Shown: piece by piece, positions 16,276 through 23,972 of the stretch
How positions within the stretch are numbered: position 1 is the stretch's first letter
Layout: the number at the start of each line of letters is the position of its first letter
Assembly: GCA_017420825.1 (NCBI GenBank)
Contig: JAFQNU010000108.1
Location: 1-28,538 of the forward strand
Reading direction: 5' to 3'
Length of the DNA: 28,538 bases
DNA from: Clostridia bacterium
Lineage (GTDB): Bacteria > Bacillota > Clostridia > UBA1381
Made by a program: the position numbers and the translations under genes
The notes under the pieces: model-generated
Seen by the model: only the letters and a program-made list of their open reading frames with translations
What the model was told of the DNA's origin: nothing
Database searches by the model: none

Positions 16276-17425
16276 TTTTGTGAAACGTACCTTTGAGGCA
16301 AATCCTGTGTATTCGGATATATGGATAAAGGGTGAAATTTCAAACTTCAAAAAGCATTATTCGGGACATATATATCTCACCCTGAAGGATGAGGGTGGAG
16401 TCTTGAAGGCGGTTATGTTTAAAGCAAATACTTCTTCATTAAAATTTACCCCATCTGACGGCATGAAGGTTTTGGCTCACGGCAGGGTTTCAGTGTATGA
16501 GGCAGGCGGTGTTTATCAATTATATATAGATGAAATGATACCTGACGGTGTGGGAGAGCTATATATTGCATACGAGAAATTGAAAAAAAAGCTTGAAGCA
16601 GAGGGCCTGTTTTCCGCAGAACATAAAAAGCCGTTACCGAAATTCCCTGAGAGAGTCGGAGTTGTTACTGCCTCGACAGGTGCCGCAATAAAGGATATTA
16701 TAAATGTTATAACAAGGCGGTATCCGTATGCTGAAATCATACTCTATCCTGCACAGGTACAGGGTGCAGGTGCGGCAGAGAGTGTATGTGCAGGAATTGC
16801 TTATTTTAATATGACAATGGGCTGTGATGTCATGATTGTCGGCAGAGGCGGAGGCTCGATTGAGGATTTATGGGCATTTAATGAGGAAATGGTGGCGTAT
16901 GCCATTTATAATTCCGAAATCCCCATAATTTCTGCTGTCGGACATGAGGTCGATTACACAATTGCAGATTTTGTTGCAGATATGCGTGCACCAACACCAT
17001 CTGCAGGTGCGGAGCTTGCAGTTCCGTCACAGGCAGAGCTTTTGGGGCATATAGAAGATTTAAAATATACAATGATATCAATAATTCAAAATAATATCAA
17101 AAACAAAAGATTACACCTTAATGCACTAAAGGTATTATCGCCCCGTGATGTTATAGAAAACAATTATATGCGGCTTGATTTTATGGTAAAACGGCTTGAA
17201 AATGCAGTTAATATGAATATTAAGGACGGCAGGGAAAAGCTTATAAAGCATATTGTAAGACTTGATGCAATTTCACCGTTAAAGGTTATGCAAAGGGGAT
17301 TTGCCCTGCCCGTTGATGACGAAGGGGTAGTAATAAAGTCGGTTACAGAGCTTGATAAAAAGAAAAATTTTGAATTAAAATTAACCGACGGTTCACGCAG
17401 GTGTTCCGTTTTGAAAGAGGGATAA
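16238..17425 (+). CDS. xseA: Exodeoxyribonuclease VII large subunit
   Basis: WIKGEISNF, GHIYLTLKD, GRGGGSIEDLWAFN, AVGHEVD and PTPSA motifs; ATG 16238 after a GGGA RBS. Confidence 0.94.
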   Translation: MEKIIATVSQLNNFVKRTFEANPVYSDIWIKGEISNFKKHYSGHIYLTLKDEGGVLKAVMFKANTSSLKFTPSDGMKVLAHGRVSVYEAGGVYQLYIDEMIPDGVGELYIAYEKLKKKLEAEGLFSAEHKKPLPKFPERVGVVTASTGAAIKDIINVITRRYPYAEIILYPAQVQGAGAAESVCAGIAYFNMTMGCDVMIVGRGGGSIEDLWAFNEEMVAYAIYNSEIPIISAVGHEVDYTIADFVADMRAPTPSAGAELAVPSQAELLGHIEDLKYTMISIIQNNIKNKRLHLNALKVLSPRDVIENNYMRLDFMVKRLENAVNMNIKDGREKLIKHIVRLDAISPLKVMQRGFALPVDDEGVVIKSVTELDKKKNFELKLTDGSRRCSVLKEG

Positions 17426-17428
17426 ATT

Positions 17429-17647
17429 ATGGCAAAGGGATTTGAACAATCACTAAAGGAGCTTGAGGAAATAGTTGAAAAATTAGAGAGCGGAGATGTC
17501 AGCCTTGATGAGTCAATAAAGCTTTTTGAAAGCGGTATGAAGCTGTCAAAGAGCTGTCAGAAAATGCTTGATACGGCAGAAAAGAAGGTTTCTATTCTCC
17601 TTGTTGATGAGGACGGAGAGGTTAAAAAAGCCGATATGGAATATTAA
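17429..17647 (+). CDS. xseB: Exodeoxyribonuclease VII small subunit
   Basis: FEQSLKELEEIVEKLESGDVSLDESIKLFESG signature. Confidence 0.94.
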   Translation: MAKGFEQSLKELEEIVEKLESGDVSLDESIKLFESGMKLSKSCQKMLDTAEKKVSILLVDEDGEVKKADMEY

Positions 17648-17663
17648 AAAGGAGAAATTCCTG

Positions 17664-18539
17664 ATGAGAGAATTATTGCAAGAGAAAATTGATATAATAA
17701 GCAAAGAATTAAAAAAATATATACCAGACTTTGATGTGCCTCATGCCAGAATATACGAGGCTGTGAGCTATTCATTATTTGCGGGCGGAAAAAGATTAAG
17801 GCCTGTTTTGATGCTGTTGGTGTCTGATATGCTCGGCGGTGAGCAAAGTGAGGTATTGCCCTTTGCCTGTGCCATGGAGATGATACACACATATTCACTT
17901 ATTCACGACGATTTGCCTGCAATGGACAATGATGATATGCGCAGAGGTAAGCCAACAAATCATAAGGTTTTTGGTGAGGCAATGGCAATTCTTGCAGGTG
18001 ATGCACTGTTAAATAAGGCATTTGAAACGGTGTCTGCACACAATTACATGGATGCAAAAAGAGCATTAAGAGCTATAAATATTTTGTCGGTATCGTCAGG
18101 CACAGAGGGAATGATTGGCGGTCAGGTCATAGATATGGAGTCGGAGAATAAGACTATTGGTCTTGATGAGCTGTTGAATTTACAGGCATTAAAAACAGGC
18201 GCTATAATACGCTCATCAGGAGTTATAGGTGCAGTTATGTCGGGCGCAGACGAAGGGGAAATAAGAGCAGTTGATGAGTATTGCTTAAATCTCGGAATAG
18301 CATTTCAAATTCAGGACGATATCTTAGACGTTATCGGAGATGTAAAAGAGCTTGGAAAGCCGACAGGCAGTGATTTTGAAAATCAAAAGTCAACCTTTGT
18401 TTCGCTATATGGTTTGGACAAGGCAAAAGCAGCAGTTGAGGAGTACACGAAAAAAGCAATATCGGCACTTGATATATTTGGCTCTGATGCAAAAACGTTA
18501 AAAGAGCTTGCAAACTATTTAATTGGAAGGAAATTATAA
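17664..18539 (+). CDS. ispA: Farnesyl diphosphate synthase / geranyltranstransferase
   Basis: GGKRLRP, FARM LIHDDLPAMDNDDMRRG and SARM QIQDDILD; AAGGAG RBS. Confidence 0.93.
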   Translation: MRELLQEKIDIISKELKKYIPDFDVPHARIYEAVSYSLFAGGKRLRPVLMLLVSDMLGGEQSEVLPFACAMEMIHTYSLIHDDLPAMDNDDMRRGKPTNHKVFGEAMAILAGDALLNKAFETVSAHNYMDAKRALRAINILSVSSGTEGMIGGQVIDMESENKTIGLDELLNLQALKTGAIIRSSGVIGAVMSGADEGEIRAVDEYCLNLGIAFQIQDDILDVIGDVKELGKPTGSDFENQKSTFVSLYGLDKAKAAVEEYTKKAISALDIFGSDAKTLKELANYLIGRKL

Positions 18540-18988
18540 TGAACGATTTTATTTATTTTTGGGTTTATTCACCGCTTGCAACAGCTATAATAGGTTGGTT
18601 TGTTGCACAGCTTATAAAGGTTATTCTTGTTTTAATCGAGGACAGAAAGCTTGATTTTGGAAGATTTGTCGGTTCGGGCGGTATGCCAAGCTCACACTCG
18701 TCGCTTGTTACCGCACTTGCAACAGCTGTTTGTATTACAGAAGGATATTCAAGCACTTTATTTGCGATTACTGTAGTTTTTGCACTTGTTGTAATGTATG
18801 ATGCGGCGGGTGTAAGACGTGCGGCAGGTCAGCAAGCAAAAATCCTCAACAAGATTGTTGAGGATTGGGGTAAGGCTACATATTCCGATACCGAGAAAAA
18901 ATTAAAGGAGCTTTTAGGACATACTCCAAAAGAGGTTTTTGTCGGTGCATTACTCGGAATAGCAATAGGAATAGTAAGACACATTTAA
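18539..18988 (+). CDS. Divergent PAP2 family membrane protein (DUF212/YuiD-like)
   Basis: GSGGMPSSHS, VMYDAAGVRRAAG and LGHTPKEV motifs; TAATG coupling with ispA. Confidence 0.88.
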   Translation: MNDFIYFWVYSPLATAIIGWFVAQLIKVILVLIEDRKLDFGRFVGSGGMPSSHSSLVTALATAVCITEGYSSTLFAITVVFALVVMYDAAGVRRAAGQQAKILNKIVEDWGKATYSDTEKKLKELLGHTPKEVFVGALLGIAIGIVRHI

Positions 18989-19010
18989 GGTGCTGTTGCA
19001 ACAGCACCTT
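18987..19010. terminator. Bidirectional terminator between DUF212 and rodA
   Basis: Perfect 24-bp palindrome AAGGTGCTGTTGCAACAGCACCTT followed by Ts, between convergent genes. Confidence 0.85.
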
Positions 19011-19014
19011 TTTC

Positions 19015-20106
19015 TTAGAATTTTCGTTTTATACTGTGTATTGAAACACTCATAACCAGCCCGATTGCGATAAAGTTTGTTATAAGAGATGTTCCGCCAT
19101 AGCTGAAAAATGGGAGCGGAATACCGGTTACAGGTAACATACCCATACACATTCCTATATTTTCAACAGTGTGGAAAATAAGCATTGCCGAAACGCCTGT
19201 GCAGATATATTTGCCGAAGCTTGTCTGAGCATTTCCGGCTGTTTTGAGACATCTGAATATTATCGCAAAGAGAAGAATTATCACAAGTCCTGCTCCTATA
19301 AAACCAAGCTCCTCAGATATTACACTGAATATAAAATCTGTATGCTTTGTAGGCAGAAATCCGAGTTGATTTTGAGTTCCCATAAGATATCCTTTGCCAA
19401 AAAAACCGCCTGAACCAACCGAGATTTTTGATTGTATAACATTATATCCGCTTCCGAGCTTATCAAGCTCAGGATTTAAAAATACAAGTATTCTGTGCTT
19501 CTGATAGTCGGATAACAGGAATTGGTATATGAGTGGAAGTGATACAAGTCCTAAGGTTATAGCAGGTATTATATACTTAAAGGAAATACCTGCGGCAAAA
19601 ATCATAAGCATAAATATAAATACAAAAACCATTGCACTTCCTGCATCGGGCTGAAGCATTATAAGGGCTATCGGCACAACCAAATGAAGTATCAGGAAGA
19701 ATATGTTTTTAGGCTCATTGACATTTACCTTGCTCAAATGATAACCAAAGGTCAGAATAAATCCGATTTTCGCTATTTCAGATGGTTGAATACCTATCGG
19801 TCCTATTCGTATCCAGCTCTGTGCGCCCCAGTTCCCTGATTTTCCTATTATAAGAACAAGAATAAGTAAAAAAATGCAAGCGCCTGCAACAGGCTTTAAA
19901 AACACTTCAAGCTGTTCATAGTCAAAAAAGGTTATAGCGAGCATTGCGCCTGTACCCATCAGCATGGAGGCAAGCTGTATTATCACGTTTGAATTAGTCC
20001 CGAAGGAACGTGTGGCACTGTAAATTGCGACAATACCGTAAAGAGACGCCGCAAGTACAAGTAAAAATAAAAATATATCAAAATTAATAAGCTTTTTCTG
20101 TCGCAT
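19015..20106 (-). CDS. rodA: SEDS peptidoglycan glycosyltransferase, RodA-type
   Basis: GAQSWI, IQPSEIAK, QPDAG, LGSGYNVIQS, HTDFIFS..SEELGF and TGIPLPFFSYGGTS motifs; AAGGAG RBS. The SEDS family call is certain, the RodA subfamily call is probable. Confidence 0.85.
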   Translation of the reverse strand: MRQKKLINFDIFLFLLVLAASLYGIVAIYSATRSFGTNSNVIIQLASMLMGTGAMLAITFFDYEQLEVFLKPVAGACIFLLILVLIIGKSGNWGAQSWIRIGPIGIQPSEIAKIGFILTFGYHLSKVNVNEPKNIFFLILHLVVPIALIMLQPDAGSAMVFVFIFMLMIFAAGISFKYIIPAITLGLVSLPLIYQFLLSDYQKHRILVFLNPELDKLGSGYNVIQSKISVGSGGFFGKGYLMGTQNQLGFLPTKHTDFIFSVISEELGFIGAGLVIILLFAIIFRCLKTAGNAQTSFGKYICTGVSAMLIFHTVENIGMCMGMLPVTGIPLPFFSYGGTSLITNFIAIGLVMSVSIHSIKRKF

Positions 20107-20140
20107 AAGCTTCTCCTTAAAGAAAATCAAATAATATGTA

Positions 20141-20169
20141 ATTATATCATAGTTGGATAAAGTTGTAAA
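20141..20169 (-). promoter_or_regulatory. sigma-A promoter for rodA
   Basis: Minus strand TTTACA-N17-TATAAT with a TGn extension. Confidence 0.7.
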
Positions 20170-20204
20170 TAATTTTTTGTAATTTTACACCCTTTCATGA
20201 TATC

Positions 20205-20233
20205 TTGACACATTCACCAATTTATGATATTAT
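20205..20233 (+). promoter_or_regulatory. sigma-A promoter for dxs-tlyA-ispE
   Basis: TTGACA-N17-TATTAT with a TGn extension. Confidence 0.72.
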
Positions 20234-20280
20234 GTAATCGACAAAATATACGCATATTTTATGTAAAGAGAGATAAGAAA

Positions 20281-22116
20281 ATGTATGATATTTTAGAAAG
20301 AATAAATCAGCCGTCGGATTTAAAAACGCTTGATAAAAAGGAGCTTAGCGAGCTTTGCAAAGAAATAAGAAGCTTTCTTGTTGATAAGGTTACAAAAAAC
20401 GGAGGCCATCTTGCCTCCAATCTTGGAGTGGTTGAGCTTACCGTTGCACTGCACCTTGTATTTGATATGCCGAGGGATAAGGTTGTGTGGGATGTAGGGC
20501 ACCAGACCTATGTACACAAAATTTTAACAGGCAGACGTGACGCCTTTGATACGCTTCGTACCTACAAGGGCTTGAGTGGCTTCCCCAAAACAAGTGAAAG
20601 TATATACGATTGTTTTAATACAGGACATTCTTCGACATCTGTGTCTGCCGCTTTAGGTATTGCAAGGGCAAGAGACTTAAAGGGTGAGGACAGTTTTGTT
20701 GCGGCTGTTTTTGGTGACGGAGCTATGACAGGCGGTATGATATATGAAGCGATTAATGACGTCGGACATAATAAAACACCGCTTATTTTAATACTTAACG
20801 ATAATGAAATGTCTATTTCTCAAAATGTGGGAGCTTTATCAAAATATCTGAGACGATTAAGACACACAAAGACATATCACCGCTCAAAAGCACATATAAG
20901 CAGTTTTTTGAGTCACATTCCTTTAATGGGCGGATTTCTTCAGGCAAGAATAAGAGGAATGAAGGATTTAATTAAATCAAGAGTTCTGCCATCAACATTT
21001 TTCGGGGATTTGGGTGTGGAATATCTCGGCCCTGTTGACGGACACAACCTTTTCGGATTAGTTAATGTGTTAAATATTGCGAAGTCAATGAATGAGCCTG
21101 TTCTTATCCATGTAAAAACGAAAAAGGGAAAGGGATACGAGCCGGCAGAAAAAAATCCGCATATTTTTCATGGAATTTCACCACAGGGGGGTTCTTCCAA
21201 AACGGAACTAAAATATTCAGACTATTCACAGTGTGCAGGTGAAACACTCATAAAGCTTGCACAAAAAAATCATGACTTTGTTGCAATATCTGCCGCTATG
21301 CCGCTTGGAGTAGGACTTGGAACATTTTCGCATAAATATTCTGACAGATTTTTTGATGTGGGAATAGCTGAACAGCATGCAGTAACGTTTTGTGCAGGAC
21401 TTGCAATTTCGGGAATAACTCCTGTATTTGCGGTATATTCGTCATTTTTACAGCGTTCCTATGACCAGATATTACATGATGTTTGCCTGCAAAATCTACA
21501 TGTTGTGTTTTTGGTTGACAGAGCAGGCGTTGTAGGAGCGGATGGTGAAACACACCATGGACTATACGATATAGCATTTCTTTCTGATATGCCATACATG
21601 ACAATTCTATCACCCTCATGCTATGAGGAGCTTGAACAAATGCTTGAATATGCGATAAATGAGCATGACGGACCGATTGCAATACGATATCCGAGAGGTT
21701 CAACTCAGGCAACAGAGAGTGAAGGTTTTGAGTTGAATAAAATAAAGGTAATAAATCCAGAGGGCAGGAAGGTTATTATAACACATGGCAGAATGGCTCA
21801 CACAGCTATATCTGTTGCAGAGCTTATGGAGAACATAAAAATTGTTGTATTGCCAACAATATATCCTGTGCCTGATGAGTTGTGGGACGAGCTTGAGGGT
21901 GCAGAGCTTACAGTTGTGCTTGACGACCACAGCATAAGCGGAGGATTGGGTATGATAATTAGCTCTGCGGCAAGTGCAAGGGATATACAAATTCATACTA
22001 TTGCATTTCCGTCAACACCTGTTATTCATGGAACAGTTTCACAGATAGACAAGCATTATGGGCTTGATGCACAGAGTGTAGCACAGAAAATTAAGGAGTT
22101 AGCGGATGAGACTTGA
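20281..22116 (+). CDS. dxs: 1-deoxy-D-xylulose-5-phosphate synthase
   Basis: GGHLASNLG, DVGHQTY, GHSSTS, GDGAMTGG..LNDNEMSI, DVGIAEQH and DGETHHG motifs. Confidence 0.96.
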   Translation: MYDILERINQPSDLKTLDKKELSELCKEIRSFLVDKVTKNGGHLASNLGVVELTVALHLVFDMPRDKVVWDVGHQTYVHKILTGRRDAFDTLRTYKGLSGFPKTSESIYDCFNTGHSSTSVSAALGIARARDLKGEDSFVAAVFGDGAMTGGMIYEAINDVGHNKTPLILILNDNEMSISQNVGALSKYLRRLRHTKTYHRSKAHISSFLSHIPLMGGFLQARIRGMKDLIKSRVLPSTFFGDLGVEYLGPVDGHNLFGLVNVLNIAKSMNEPVLIHVKTKKGKGYEPAEKNPHIFHGISPQGGSSKTELKYSDYSQCAGETLIKLAQKNHDFVAISAAMPLGVGLGTFSHKYSDRFFDVGIAEQHAVTFCAGLAISGITPVFAVYSSFLQRSYDQILHDVCLQNLHVVFLVDRAGVVGADGETHHGLYDIAFLSDMPYMTILSPSCYEELEQMLEYAINEHDGPIAIRYPRGSTQATESEGFELNKIKVINPEGRKVIITHGRMAHTAISVAELMENIKIVVLPTIYPVPDELWDELEGAELTVVLDDHSISGGLGMIISSAASARDIQIHTIAFPSTPVIHGTVSQIDKHYGLDAQSVAQKIKELADET

Positions 22117-22903
22117 TGTATATATGTGTGAGAGCGGTATCTGTGAGAGCCGTGAACGTGCAAAGTCGCTTATAAAGGACGGACAGGTATTTGTAAATGA
22201 TAAGCAGTGCGCAAAGCCTTCAATGACGGTAAATCCTGATGATGACAAATGCGAGATAAGGGGCGAGGTTTTAAAATATGTCAGTCGGGGCGGTTTGAAG
22301 CTTGAAAAGGCGATAAATGAATTTTCGATTGTGTTAACAGACAGAATTTGTATTGATATAGGTGCATCAACAGGCGGATTTACCGATTGTATGCTACAAA
22401 ACGGAGCAAAAAGGGTGTTCAGCATTGACGTGGGTTCTGACCAGCTTGCAGACAAGCTTAAACAAGACAGCAGGGTTGTTAATATGGAAAAAACAAATAT
22501 CCGCACACTCACCTGTGAAAAATTAGGACACAAAGCTGATTTTGCATCAATTGATGTGTCGTTCATATCGTTAAAGCTTGTTTTACCTGTTGTTTATGAT
22601 TTACTCACCGATAGCGGTGAGCTTGTGTGCCTTATTAAGCCTCAATTTGAAGCAGGCAGGGAGAATATAGGGAAAAAAGGTGTTGTAAAGGATAAGAGAG
22701 TGCACAAAAAGGTGTGTACAGATGTTATCTCTTACGCAATGAAATCGGGATTTTGTCCTGTGGCACTTTCTTTTTCACCAATAAAAGGGCCTGAAGGAAA
22801 TATAGAATATCTCCTGTATCTTTCAAAAATTGAGGATACAAACGGAGTTACAGATGAAATTATATTAAGAACTATTGAAAAGTCACATGAAAATTTGGAT
22901 TAA
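22106..22903 (+). CDS. tlyA: TlyA family rRNA 2'-O-methyltransferase
   Basis: S4-like N-terminus, YVSRGGLKL, DIGASTGGFTD, IKPQFEAG and GPEGNIE motifs. Confidence 0.93.
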   Translation: MRLDVYMCESGICESRERAKSLIKDGQVFVNDKQCAKPSMTVNPDDDKCEIRGEVLKYVSRGGLKLEKAINEFSIVLTDRICIDIGASTGGFTDCMLQNGAKRVFSIDVGSDQLADKLKQDSRVVNMEKTNIRTLTCEKLGHKADFASIDVSFISLKLVLPVVYDLLTDSGELVCLIKPQFEAGRENIGKKGVVKDKRVHKKVCTDVISYAMKSGFCPVALSFSPIKGPEGNIEYLLYLSKIEDTNGVTDEIILRTIEKSHENLD

Positions 22904-22921
22904 CTAAAGGGGTAGACGATT

Positions 22922-23794
22922 ATGCAGGAAATAATAGTAACAGGAAAACGAGCAATGGCTCACTCTTATGCGAAGATAAATCTGACGCTTGATATTACAG
23001 GGGTGCGTGAGGACGGATATCATACCCTTGAAACAATTATGCAGACGGTTAATCTTTTTGACCTTATCATTGTTGATAAACAAAGCCATGGCATAAAAAT
23101 AACAACCAATAAAAAATTTCTGCCCACAAATGAGAAAAATATTGCATACAAGGCGGCTGATGCATTTTTTAAGGCATGGGGGAGAGAAAAGGGAGCAAAA
23201 ATATTAATTCATAAAAATATACCTGTTTCAGCAGGACTTGCAGGGGGAAGCGGAAATGCAGGAGCAACCCTGTTGTCTCTTAATCGGTTATATAATCAGC
23301 CGTTTTCCTTTGAAGAACTTTTAAAAATCGGGGCAGCACTCGGTGCAGATGTTCCGTATTGTATGAGCGGAGGTACACAGCTTGGATGCGGAGTGGGAGA
23401 TATATTGACTCCGATTGAGCATAAATCAAAATATTGTATTCTCATGGTAACACCGCCTATTGCAGTTTCAACCCCATGGGTGTATTCGGAATTTGACAAT
23501 ATTCCAAAGCCTGCATCGCCCGATACGGCGGCAATGATAGATGCACTGAAAAATGAAGATTATTATAAAATGTGTGCAAATTTATCAAATGTGCTTGAGG
23601 GAGTAACAGCAGAAAAACACCCTGTAATCAGGGGAATAAAGGAAAAAATGATTTTAAATGGGGCAAATGGTGCATTGATGAGCGGAAGCGGTCCGACCGT
23701 TTTCGGATTTTTCGATGATTATAAAAAAGCCAAGGTATCTCATGACAGCTTCAGCCATATATATAAGGATGTATATCTTACCACTACTCTTTAA
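22922..23794 (+). CDS. ispE: 4-diphosphocytidyl-2-C-methyl-D-erythritol kinase
   Basis: AKINLTLDI, YHTLET, KNIPVSAGLAGGSGNA, GADVP and MSGSGPTVFG motifs. Confidence 0.94.
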   Translation: MQEIIVTGKRAMAHSYAKINLTLDITGVREDGYHTLETIMQTVNLFDLIIVDKQSHGIKITTNKKFLPTNEKNIAYKAADAFFKAWGREKGAKILIHKNIPVSAGLAGGSGNAGATLLSLNRLYNQPFSFEELLKIGAALGADVPYCMSGGTQLGCGVGDILTPIEHKSKYCILMVTPPIAVSTPWVYSEFDNIPKPASPDTAAMIDALKNEDYYKMCANLSNVLEGVTAEKHPVIRGIKEKMILNGANGALMSGSGPTVFGFFDDYKKAKVSHDSFSHIYKDVYLTTTL

Positions 23795-23802
23795 CAGGAT
23801 TA

Positions 23803-23860
23803 ATATGACATATAATACGGTAAAAATACTAAAAGACCGAACTTATGTGTCATATTTTTT
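23803..23860 (+). terminator. Probable long-loop terminator or operator after ispE
   Basis: ATATGACATATAA (23803-23815) and TTATGTGTCATAT (23843-23855), 12/13 complementary, followed by a T-run. Confidence 0.4.
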
Positions 23861-23901
23861 GTTCATAAGATAAAAATTATGTCGTGATTGTATATTAGGT
23901 A

Positions 23902-23930
23902 TTGAAAAATAAAAAATAATTTGTTAAAAT
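23902..23930 (+). promoter_or_regulatory. sigma-A promoter for adhE
   Basis: TTGAAA-N17-TAAAAT with a TGn extension. Confidence 0.7.
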
Positions 23931-23938
23931 ATTAACAA
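23921..23938. promoter_or_regulatory. Rex operator
   Basis: TTGTTAAAATATTAACAA matches the clostridial Rex consensus TTGTTAA-N4-TTAACAA and overlaps the adhE -10 element. Confidence 0.9.
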
Positions 23939-23972
23939 AGTTGAAAATCTCATTATGTAAGGAGAAATAGCA

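Noticed and set aside
20152-20160. DnaA-box-like TTATCCAAC (minus strand) in the rodA promoter spacer
   Set aside because: A single copy with two mismatches is expected by chance in AT-rich DNA.
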